Shown here piece after piece: positions 1 through 8,699 of a stretch of DNA of 64,000 bases. The translations under genes were made by a program, and so were the position numbers. This stretch comes from an uncultured Chloroflexia bacterium (GTDB taxonomy: Bacteria > Chloroflexota > Chloroflexia > QHBQ01 > JADMIH01). Location of the stretch: NCBI GenBank assembly GCA_963797095.1, contig CAWCNY010000004.1, positions 1 through 64,000 of the forward strand, read 5' to 3'. The notes beneath the pieces are model-generated. The model saw only the letters and a program-made list of their open reading frames with translations, searched no databases and was not told the origin of the DNA. Within the stretch, counting starts at the first letter, position 1, and the number at the start of each line of letters is the position of its first letter.

Positions 1-108
1 ATTTTGGAGAACGGAAGGATAACCGAGACAGGTTCCCATGATAAACTGATGGGTATAAGTGAAACGTACTCAAGACTTTACACTATGCAAGCTGAACTCT
101 ACCGCTGA
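1..108 (+). CDS. 3' end of ABC transporter ATP-binding/permease (exporter) protein, truncated by window edge
   Basis: Frame 1 reads ILENGRITETGSHDKLMGISETYSRLYTMQAELYR*, the typical 'G.I.E.G.H..L....G.Y..L' C-terminus of ABC exporters. Confidence 0.8.
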   Translation: MLENGRITETGSHDKLMGISETYSRLYTMQAELYR

Positions 109-308
109 GACTGCATTCTAGCACCGAGTTCGGAGAGAGCTTGGCTTCTTGTACCAATGTCCTTTACCACGGAGGATGTTAAGCACAAGTACTCAGCGAC
201 CATTAATGAGTATCAAGACAGGAGATCCATGGAAGAGAAGGCTGACTCTTTAGGGGCATACAAAATCATTCAAACTTTGTTGATACTATCACTCAAAGGT
301 GCTGGCCT

Positions 309-1334
309 ATGAGTACATCGGTTGCAGATTCCGTACAGGACAAGCCGAGTTATGAGCAGAGCGGACAATGGTCGCTTGTCTGGCGCAGATTCAGACAGCA
401 GCGTGGTGGGCTCATTGCTCTGCTCGTATTTCTCTTCTTGCTGCTCGCCGTAGTGGCCGGGCCTCTGGTCATTCCGTTTGACGATAGCTTTACCGAATTA
501 CCTACTAAGTGGCTAGCGCCGGCTGGCACGGTCGGTGACGGAGGTAGAGCACATTTCTTAGGCACCGATAGGGCTGGCAAGGACGAGCTTGCCCTGTTGC
601 TAGCGGGTGGGCGCGTCAGCCTTACGATCGGCTTGGTGTCAGCTCTACTTACAACCGTGATTGGCGTTTCTCTTGGCTCATTAGCAGGTTTTTATAGAGG
701 TCGGATAGATTGGCTCTTGATGCGTAGCACAGACTTTCTTCTCTCCATACCACTTCTACCTCTCTTTATCCTGGCCGCACCGAGCGTCCGCACACTACTT
801 ATCTCTCCGCTCTCCTTCTTGCCGAGAACCCCCCGTCTATTCACGTCGAGTGATGACCCAGCTATCTTCATCATGACTACCATGATAGTTGTGTTTGTAA
901 TATTTGGCTGGATGGGTATAAGCAGGTTAGTTAGGAGTTCAATCCTGTCACTGCGCTCGCAGACATTCGTTGAAGCTTCCAGGGCGCTCGGGGCGTCTAA
1001 TCGAAGGCTTATCGTGAAGCACTTGTTACCTAACGCGCTGGCACCAGTGTTGGTGGCAGCTACATTTTTGGTAGGAGATTTTGTGATTTGGGAGTCGATT
1101 TTGTCCTATATCGGAAATGGCATCAATTCGGCATTCTTGCCTACATGGGGCAACCTTATTGCTACTTCGCAGAGCTATGTCTTCCGATTGGCCCTTATCG
1201 AGTTCAACCCGTTCCAAGATATTCGCCTGTACATGCCGTTCATGCCAGCAGCGATGATATTCATAACCGTACTGTCGCTCAACTTCATAGCTGAAGCGCT
1301 ACGGAATGCGCTTGATCCCAGTGTGCAGGTCTGA
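309..1334 (+). CDS. oppC: Peptide/nickel ABC transporter permease, OppC/DppC type
   Basis: WRRFR N-terminus, HFLGTD motif, EAA loop (FVEASRALGAS...HLLPN), ALRNALDP C-terminus. Confidence 0.9.
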   Translation: MSTSVADSVQDKPSYEQSGQWSLVWRRFRQQRGGLIALLVFLFLLLAVVAGPLVIPFDDSFTELPTKWLAPAGTVGDGGRAHFLGTDRAGKDELALLLAGGRVSLTIGLVSALLTTVIGVSLGSLAGFYRGRIDWLLMRSTDFLLSIPLLPLFILAAPSVRTLLISPLSFLPRTPRLFTSSDDPAIFIMTTMIVVFVIFGWMGISRLVRSSILSLRSQTFVEASRALGASNRRLIVKHLLPNALAPVLVAATFLVGDFVIWESILSYIGNGINSAFLPTWGNLIATSQSYVFRLALIEFNPFQDIRLYMPFMPAAMIFITVLSLNFIAEALRNALDPSVQV

Positions 1335-1414
1335 GGGCATTTGGCCTTGTCCATGCCATTCCGTGCCACCTTGCACATTAGTCACTACAGCAAGAACCTC
1401 AGGAGCAAATAGTC

Positions 1415-2704
1415 GTGACTCTATACATTCTACGCCGATTCTCCCAAGCTGTACTCTCCATGCTTATTGCCCTGTTCATCTTCTACCTTTTCTTTGTCTA
1501 CATAGCGGCTAATCCTATCACTGGTACTATTTATCGGCAGTATCAAGGGTTGCAGGCAGAGTTGGCGCAATTGACCTCTCAATCGGGAAGTTCCACTGGC
1601 TCAGCCAGCCCTGCCAGCCCTGCTTCATCACCGGAAATGTCTGTCGAGGAGCTTAGGAGCAATGTCACATACATGCAAGAGGTCTACAAAGTCGACCAAC
1701 CGTGGCCGCTGAATTTTCTTTTGTGGCTTTTTGATCCGCGAGCTACTATGAAGATGAGTAGTGAGAACAACGTTGGCAGTGCGCGTAATACAGGCATTCT
1801 TGTTCCCAAAGGCATCAATATTAACTTGTTCGGTTGGCAGCTAAGAGGGAGTGGCATCTTAACCGGTGATATTGACACAAGTACGGTCAGGCCTGACGGC
1901 GCATCTTTGGGTTCGCTGCTTGCGGATAGAGGTCCTAATTCACTGCTACTTATGGGGGCAGCACTCTTCTTTGCCCTCTTGATAGCTGTACCGATAGGAA
2001 TTATCAGCGCAATTAATCAACACTCACGACTCGACACAGCAATAACCTTTCTCACTTTCGCAGGGCTGTCCATACCACCCTTTATGCTGGCGTTCATACT
2101 CTCAGCCCTTTTCGCGATACTTCCTTATAGCTTGCGGCAACAGGGTGGTTGGGATTGGCTTCCAATGCTACAGCCAGGGTACGTTTTCTCAGTCGATCAA
2201 GAGGGCAACTGGATCAATCGGATTTATCATATGATACTGCCCGTGGCAACACTCACGCTGGTGCAGACGGTGTTACTTGTGAGGCATGTGCGCTCGTCCA
2301 TTCTTGAGGTGCTGGGCCAGGATTACATCCGTACCGCCCTGGCCAAAGGTTTATCGACAAGACGAGTTATCATGAAACATGCGCTTCGGAATGCCTTGAT
2401 ACCGATCATTACGATAGTGAGCCTCTCTCTGCCCACTATCATTTCAGGCAGTATAATTGTAGAGCAAGTCTACAGCTATCCTGGAATGGGTCAGCTCTTC
2501 TTCAAGGCTATGGGGGGATGCGTAGGTTCGGTCAATACATCGATCGATGTGCATTGTACACCCTTCACATATGTGCCAAACCCAGCCATAGCTCTGGGGC
2601 TGCTTCTGGTTATGACAGTGCTTGTGGCCCTCTCCAGCATGTTAGCGGACATCTTGTATGTCGCCTCCGACCCTCGTATTGATCTTAGCAATAAGGGTAA
2701 GTAA
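1415..2704 (+). CDS. oppB: Peptide/nickel ABC transporter permease, OppB/DppB type
   Basis: YILRR start, QDYIRTALAKGLS...KHALRNALIP EAA loop, LADILY..DPRI end. Confidence 0.9.
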   Translation: MTLYILRRFSQAVLSMLIALFIFYLFFVYIAANPITGTIYRQYQGLQAELAQLTSQSGSSTGSASPASPASSPEMSVEELRSNVTYMQEVYKVDQPWPLNFLLWLFDPRATMKMSSENNVGSARNTGILVPKGININLFGWQLRGSGILTGDIDTSTVRPDGASLGSLLADRGPNSLLLMGAALFFALLIAVPIGIISAINQHSRLDTAITFLTFAGLSIPPFMLAFILSALFAILPYSLRQQGGWDWLPMLQPGYVFSVDQEGNWINRIYHMILPVATLTLVQTVLLVRHVRSSILEVLGQDYIRTALAKGLSTRRVIMKHALRNALIPIITIVSLSLPTIISGSIIVEQVYSYPGMGQLFFKAMGGCVGSVNTSIDVHCTPFTYVPNPAIALGLLLVMTVLVALSSMLADILYVASDPRIDLSNKGK

Positions 2705-2839
2705 ACTGTCTAGGACCTGAAAGCGCGTTTCGTTGAGTAGCACTTTTGATATTGATCTAACCGGAGAAGATTAGTGCAGCACCCCTTTACATTGTTCCCA
2801 AGAGTGATAGCGGACATCTCAACGCCGTTTGCGCTTGAG

Positions 2840-2875
2840 CTTCGCGTGCTTCTCCATTCTTATCATTCGACCCCC
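2840..2875 (-). mobile_element. Possible orphan Tn3-family terminal inverted repeat
   Basis: Minus strand reads GGGGGTCGAATGATAAGAATGGAGAAGCACGCGAAG, resembling the Tn3 IR pattern GGGG...ACG.(T/G)AAG; no partner found in window. Confidence 0.4.
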
Positions 2876-2955
2876 TTTGTGCCAGAAGTTACATCCGCTG
2901 GATATCTCATAACATAGTCTCAATGTGGATTCAAACACTCCAGAGGACGAGCGAG

Positions 2956-3052
2956 CATCCGATAATATTGATTATCTGCTGGTTCCCATGTGGTATACTG
3001 CTGATAACGCGCAAAATCTGGGTCGCTAGACCGCCTGAGCAACATCCGATAA
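2956..3052. promoter_or_regulatory. Tyrosine-recombinase core site with accessory direct repeats (res/IRS-like)
   Basis: CATCCGATAA-TATTGA-TTATCTGCTG (10-6-10, ATAA-N6-TTAT) at 2956-2981; half-sites CTGCTGATAA 2998-3007 and CATCCGATAA 3043-3052; directly upstream of the recombinase. Confidence 0.65.
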
Positions 3053-3081
3053 CAAGAAGAAACGGAGATGGAGTCTCGTTT

Positions 3082-4110
3082 ATGGGTGCTAAGATCAAAA
3101 CCAACAGGCGTGCCTTAACTTCAACAACCTCTGCGACAACAACTTCAAGCCTCCCCTCTCCGATCCCACTAACCTCCCAAGCGGCTCTGACCACCTATCT
3201 GCAGTGGCTCAATAAGCAGCCTCTGGCCGAAAATACCCGGCGTACTTACCGTGTTCGTGTCACCCAGTACTGCGACTTCCTCACGGACTACCCCACTCGC
3301 TATGGTGACTACGGCGACTACGGTGACCCCTTACGAGAACGGCCCGCCCGCGATTACGCCGTCCGAGACTACAAAGCACACCTGCTAAGCGTTCGCCACG
3401 CCAAACCCAGTTCCGTCAATCTCACCCTGGCGGCTCTGGATCACTTCTATCGCTTCCTGGGCCTCGACCCACCTCGTGTTGATCGGGAGGACCTACCCCA
3501 GCAGGCTCCCAAGGCACTGGAACCGGGCGAGCAAGTGCGCTTCTTGCGTGCAGTGGAACGTTGCGCCTCGGTACGTGATCGAGCCATTGCTCTGCTTCTA
3601 TTCTACACAGGTTTACGAATTGGCGAGGTTACCGCCCTCGATGTTGATGACGCTCCTGTATCGGCCCGCAAAGGCAAGGTCATCGTCCGTCTGGGCAAAG
3701 GCCAGACCTACCGCGAAGTGCCCCTGAACGCTGAAGTCCGCGAAGCACTCACGGCATGGCTGCAGAAGCGAAGCAAGGCCCGGCCCCATCCCCAGAATGC
3801 TCAGGATACTAGGAGTGGGCAAGATATCGAAGGTGATCAAGAGGCTCTGTTCTTGAATCGGGCAGGAGGCAGGCTCTCGTCCCGAGCCATCGACTCGCTG
3901 TTGCGCCGTATAGCGGTCGAAGCTGGACTGGCTTTGTCTGCCCACACTCTGCGCCACACATGCCTTACCAACCTTGTACGTCAAGGCACAGATCTGGTGT
4001 TGGTCGCCGAACTGGCGGGGCACAAACGCCTTGAGACCACCCGACGCTATAGCCTGCCAAGCGCAAGCGAGCGGGAAGCTGCCATGGAGAGGCTGAAGGT
4101 GCGGTACTGA
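3082..4110 (+). CDS. Tyrosine recombinase (XerC/TnpI-like transposon resolvase)
   Basis: RDRA...TGLRIGE (R), GKG (K), HTLRH, LAGH...TTRRY catalytic motifs; likely start ATG 3082. Confidence 0.92.
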   Translation: MGAKIKTNRRALTSTTSATTTSSLPSPIPLTSQAALTTYLQWLNKQPLAENTRRTYRVRVTQYCDFLTDYPTRYGDYGDYGDPLRERPARDYAVRDYKAHLLSVRHAKPSSVNLTLAALDHFYRFLGLDPPRVDREDLPQQAPKALEPGEQVRFLRAVERCASVRDRAIALLLFYTGLRIGEVTALDVDDAPVSARKGKVIVRLGKGQTYREVPLNAEVREALTAWLQKRSKARPHPQNAQDTRSGQDIEGDQEALFLNRAGGRLSSRAIDSLLRRIAVEAGLALSAHTLRHTCLTNLVRQGTDLVLVAELAGHKRLETTRRYSLPSASEREAAMERLKVRY

Positions 4111-4201
4111 CCTCGTTGTGTACTTCGATACTGACAAGGTCAGTCGTTCATCTCGAATGTATATCTGATAACTGATTCTGAGGTAATGAGGTAAGCCACT
4201 A

Positions 4202-5160
4202 ATGCCCGGTCAGTTTCTCACTGAAGCGGAACGCTCTCGCTTGAGCCGCTTTCCAGATGAGATCGCACCTGACGATCTCATTACATATTTCACGCTTAGC
4301 CCATCCGATCGCCAGCACATCCAGCTTCATCACCGGCCCGCAACTCGGCTGGGCGTCGCGCTGCAACTCTGTGCCCTGCGCTACCTTGGTTTCTCTCCCT
4401 CTCCCGCCAACTTGAAGGCAGCTCCCACAGATGCGGTCCATTACCTCTCCCAGCAACTCGCCGTGGCGCATGATACGCTGGCCAGCTACGGACAGAGGGC
4501 GCAAACTCGCACCGAGCAGTGGCAACTCGTGCAGCAGTATCTGGGATACCGGAACGCAACGTCAGTCGACCTGGAGATGCTTACAATCTGGCTCATCGAG
4601 CGGGCGCAGGAACACGACAAGCCTACCGTGCTCTTCCAATTGGCAGCCGAAAAGCTGCATACCGACAAGATCGTGCGGCCAGGAGTAACGGTGCTGGAAA
4701 GGTTAGTCGCTCGTGCTCGAGAGCGAGCATACAAAGAAACATTCAGAGCTAGCAAACTCAGCAAGCCCCAGCCATTGCTAAATGCTGAGAACCGAAACTG
4801 GCTGGACGGTTGCTGGTGCCGATGGAAGTCTGGGCCGCACCCGCTTCGATTGGCTCAAGAGGCGGGCAAGAGGCAACACTCCTAAAGCTGTGCTGTCGGC
4901 CGTCGCTCGCATCACCTACTTGGGGTTTTTTGCAAGACCCCCCAAAACGGTGCATTTGTGATGATTCACCCCCATTTTCCGTGAGAAGTATACACCCGAT
5001 AGCACGACCGATGGAATCCACGCCTGCCAAGGTGACGCCCTATGCAGGCAGCCTCCACCGTCCAAGACCTCTACCCAACGTCCCCACATCACCTGCACGC
5101 TGAAATGCACCGTTTTGGGGGGTCTTGCAAAAAACCCCAACTTGCGCACACACTGCATGG
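4202..5160 (+). pseudogene. tnpA: Tn3-family transposase N-terminal fragment (DUF4158 region), frameshifted, interrupted by MITE, truncated
   Basis: DLITYFTLS...RLGVALQLCALRYLGF, 'IVRPGVTVLERLV'; after a frameshift GRTRFDWLKRRARGNTPKAVLSAVARITYL continues as RTH across the MITE. Confidence 0.85.
4922..5138. mobile_element. 217-bp MITE with perfect 36-bp terminal inverted repeats
   Basis: GGGGTTTTTTGCAAGACCCCCCAAAACGGTGCATTT at 4922-4957 and its reverse complement at 5103-5138; flanks TACTT/AACTT (4 of 5 match). Confidence 0.85.
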
Positions 5161-5568
5161 TGTGGCTTTCAGGCCGAGACACCATGGGTGAAAGGTGTGG
5201 AACTGAGGCTCGATGCGCAAGGCCTCAGGCACACCCGCCTCGGGCGGGCCGAGCGGCTTCGGCCCATTGGTTGCTGCCCCGACCTTCTGCCTGCTCTGCT
5301 CGGTGCGACGGCCTCGTGCTCGGTGGGCAAACAATCGGGTCGAGCAAGGCTCCAGCAACAAACGGCAGGAATGAGACAGACCGCGCACCGTCGGATCTGC
5401 TTGTCTATTTCTCTGTGGCAGCGGAGCTGTCCAGGGTTTCCCTGACAGCTCCTCAGGTTTCTCCTAATACCGCATCGACCTGAGCCGCTGTAAGGTTAGA
5501 GTGGTGAGGAGCGAAGTTATGAGCACAATCGTTGTGGAATACGGTAAGGAAGTGCAAAGGAGAATTCG

Positions 5569-6516
5569 ATGAATAGGTCTAGATTTACGGTCCTGACAGG
5601 CATTTCGGCCCTGGTCCTCGCAGCGTTCGTACCTACTGTTTTCGGAGCACCAGCCGACAGCGCCCTCGCCCGTACAACCGGTCATGCGAACTACGGCAAA
5701 CTCGCTTTCTCTTACGATGCATCTGCGGCCAGCAACGGAGGCGTCACTTTCTCTTACGATCCGTCTCTGGCCACGAACGTACAGGGGCGCGCTGTGGCCA
5801 GTAATGCAGGGCAAGGCGCCTCTGTCTGGGAGGTACGGCCCGCCCACATAAACTTCACGTTTGACGGCTACCCCGTACAGGGCATGGCCTCCCCGCAGAT
5901 AAGGGTGATACCGCTGGCCGAATACAAGTCTGCCCAGGCAGGCTCCAGCGTGAGCGATGAGTTGAGCGCGCTTGAGAAGTACCTCGGCCAGACTGGTACG
6001 GCCGGTGCGCCACTACCGCAACTTCCACCCGTGAACGCCAGGCGCATCATCGCGGAGAATGTAGCACCGGTAGCGGGCGCTGGGGTCTCAGGAGTGCGCT
6101 TCGTCGCCTCTTATGCCCAGGGTATTACTCCGGTAAGTGCGGACAACATAACCTACATGTTCATAGGGCTCACCTCCGACGGCAAGTATTACGTCGATGG
6201 GGTCTTCCCGGTCGCCCTGTCTACTCCGCTCGATCCTCCCCCTTCTCCTGTCACAGCCGAGAACGCGCAGGCGTACAACCAGGCAGTGGCCGAAAGACTG
6301 AGCAAGGCCGACATGTCAGGTTTCACACCCACTCTCGACACGCTGGACAAGATGATGGGGTCCATACAGGTGAACTCCTCGGGAACACCGGGTATGCCCA
6401 GCACGGGTGTGGGCGCATCTAGCAACGAAGGCGCCATGTTTGCCATGCTGGCGCTCGGTGCACTGCTAGTTGTGGTGGGGCTGAGGATGTCTATTCGGAG
6501 CAAAGTGCAGTTATAG
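5569..6516 (+). CDS. Secreted protein with C-terminal sortase-type sorting signal
   Basis: RBS AGGAG, N-terminal signal peptide, C-terminal PGMPSTG + hydrophobic helix + basic tail (RMSIRSK). Confidence 0.75.
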   Translation: MNRSRFTVLTGISALVLAAFVPTVFGAPADSALARTTGHANYGKLAFSYDASAASNGGVTFSYDPSLATNVQGRAVASNAGQGASVWEVRPAHINFTFDGYPVQGMASPQIRVIPLAEYKSAQAGSSVSDELSALEKYLGQTGTAGAPLPQLPPVNARRIIAENVAPVAGAGVSGVRFVASYAQGITPVSADNITYMFIGLTSDGKYYVDGVFPVALSTPLDPPPSPVTAENAQAYNQAVAERLSKADMSGFTPTLDTLDKMMGSIQVNSSGTPGMPSTGVGASSNEGAMFAMLALGALLVVVGLRMSIRSKVQL

Positions 6517-6555
6517 CGCCTTGCACTCGGAACCAGGTGTGCCGTTTGAGGCCAA

Positions 6556-6973
6556 CTATGGGTCTGTGTGCTCACACTGGCTCTGATTGAACGTGTAAGC
6601 GGGCTTGCAAGCTGGCGGCGCAGGCAGAGGACGACGCAAAACAAGACTAGCCTGGCAACCGTGTGAGGTGAGAGATCTGCGTGCCATAGGTCCGTGAGGC
6701 TCCGATTTTTACCAATATGCAACCCGCTTACACAGTTTATTAGACGTTGATGCTCTACACTACAGTTGAATGAGTCCGCCCATCGCCAGATCCGAACCTC
6801 TGGGGCCGCTAGGGTAAGGATAAGAGGAGCAGTGAACATCACAACAGCAACAACTATGACCGCGCCGAACGTATGGAGGCAGCAGCGCCAACGTTCCGTT
6901 GCCAGGCGTACAGGCAGCTAATCTCGTTCGAGCACGAGCGCGGTAAAGTGCAGATAAGATCGCAGGAGGGACC
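6556..6973 (+). repeat. Copy A of inverted duplicated regulatory/leader module
   Basis: Aligns by eye along its length with the reverse complement of 13517-13977; contains TGTAAGCGGGCTTGCA and TGCAACCCGCTTACA boxes, RBS + small ORF 6832-6921, and ends at the RBS of the CPBP gene. Confidence 0.9.
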
Positions 6974-6979
6974 GATAGA

Positions 6980-7827
6980 ATGTTGACTTCACTCAGGGCC
7001 TGGATAAGGCGCAATGCGCTGGTGTCTTTCTTTGTGCTGGATACGGCATCTGCAGCGTTATGTTCTTTTCGTATGTTGCCTTCCCCTAGCTGCCATTCAC
7101 CCCATTCTGGCTGGTGGGGATTTTCAGCCCCACAATGAGCGCCCTGGCGATCGCGGGGGTGATCGGCGGCGTGCCGGAGATCAAGCGCCTTCTGTCGGGC
7201 TTCACTAGATGGAAGATCGGCTGGCGGTGGTACCTGGCGATCTCCGTGCTGTTGCTGGGGCCTTTACTGATAGCGGCGGTCTATATAGCGCTCGGCAATC
7301 CGCCCAGCGGCCTGGCTCCCGGTATGACTGTCTGGGGTCTACTGGGCGCTCTTGCGTACACCCTCACGTCGGGCCCCCTCGCCGAAGAGACGGGTTGGCG
7401 GGGTTTCGCCTTGCCCAGACTACAGGAGAGGTTCAGCTCGCTGAAGGCGAGCCTGTTGCTCGGAACCCTCTGGCTCTTCTGGCACGTGCCGCAATACTTT
7501 GTGCCGAACACCACTATGGTGCCCTTCCCGGTCTTCATCCCGATATGTATCTGCCTGGCGATCCTGTTCACCTGGCTCTACAACAACACCGGGGGCAGTC
7601 TGGTGGCGACAGTGCTCGCCCACTTCCTGTTCAACTTTGATGGGGCCTTCGTCTCAGTACACCTGGGCCTGGCTCCCGCCATGGTAGTCAACATTGGCGG
7701 CGGTATGGGCATCGTAGTGATGGTTGTGCTGGTGGTCATCTTCGCCGGGACAAAATACCTCTCCAGGAAGCCGCCCGAACAATTGCCCTTCCGCCGGATC
7801 GGCGTGTCTTATGCGCAGCGCCCATGA
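6980..7827 (+). CDS. CPBP (CAAX/Abi) intramembrane glutamic endopeptidase; 5' part frameshifted with an in-frame stop
   Basis: EETGWRG, W.FWH, H...N motifs; true start appears to be ATG 6980 (MLTSLRAWIRRNALVSFFVL) in another frame, with TAG before 7114. Confidence 0.85.
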
Positions 7828-7897
7828 ACGTAACACGTAACAGCCCTCAGAATGGCACCGGATATGGTCTTAACGCAAAGCGAGGAGATCACCAGGA

Positions 7898-8632
7898 ATG
7901 GCAACAATCTCAGCCGAGGCGCACTTGGCGTCCGATGGGGAATCGCCGGCAAGCGTAACTACCCGGGAAACTGCCAAGAGCAGCATAGTTTACAGTCTTG
8001 GCTTTTGGTCCGCGCTGCTGGCTTCGGCTCTGAACCTGGCGTACATGGGAGTTATGGCGGTCGTGGCGCTGTCGGGCTTTGTGCTGCCACCTCCCGAACC
8101 GGCGCAGTCGATAGCCGGTATTATCACCCTGCTCTCGGCCCCTACCATGGTCGTACTGGTAGCTACCATTCACTACCAGGCGTCCGCGGAACAGAAGATA
8201 CTCAGCCACCTGGGCCTGCTGTTCATGCTTGGCCTGGCGGTGCTGACCTGCATAAACCGCTTCGTGCAGCTAACCGTAGTGCGCCAGGGCATTGCCGCGG
8301 GTAAAGAAGGCGAGGTTGCCAGGTTCCTGCCTTACAGCGCCGACTCGATCATGCTGGCAATCGAAACGCTGGCGTGGGGTCTACTTCTGGGTCTGGCGGC
8401 GCTCTTCCTGGCACCGGTGTTTGGCCGTGGAGGGGACAAGTTGGGGGTGTGGATCCGTTGGCTGCTTGTAGCTACGGGCGTGCTGAGCCTTGTCTATTTC
8501 GTCGCCTTCGCCACGGGCCCGGCAGCACTCGGATATGCCGGGGTGATCGGCTGGTCGGTGTTCCTACCTGTTGCCACCTTCCTGATGGTTCCTTTCTTCT
8601 GGAGGGCCAGGCGAGTGGCGAGGGTGAGTTGA
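7898..8632 (+). CDS. Hypothetical multi-pass membrane protein
   Basis: About 6 hydrophobic helices, RBS GAGGAG, operonic position. Confidence 0.75.
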   Translation: MATISAEAHLASDGESPASVTTRETAKSSIVYSLGFWSALLASALNLAYMGVMAVVALSGFVLPPPEPAQSIAGIITLLSAPTMVVLVATIHYQASAEQKILSHLGLLFMLGLAVLTCINRFVQLTVVRQGIAAGKEGEVARFLPYSADSIMLAIETLAWGLLLGLAALFLAPVFGRGGDKLGVWIRWLLVATGVLSLVYFVAFATGPAALGYAGVIGWSVFLPVATFLMVPFFWRARRVARVS

Positions 8633-8699
8633 ATAATTGTTTTACTGCAAACCCATACGGAGCATTGCAACCAGGTGGGGGTTCTGGAAGGCTAACCAA

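Noticed and set aside
2923-3081. N-terminal extension of the recombinase ORF in the track
   Set aside because: Overlaps the recombination-site repeats; ATG 3082 is the more plausible start
3298-3327. YGDYGDYGD micro-repeat in the recombinase
   Set aside because: In-frame 9-bp slippage in a variable loop; no evidence of function
6189-6842. 217-aa minus-strand ORF sharing peptide text with ORFs at 13795-14140
   Set aside because: Similarity is explained by the DNA-level inverted duplication; frames are not preserved between copies
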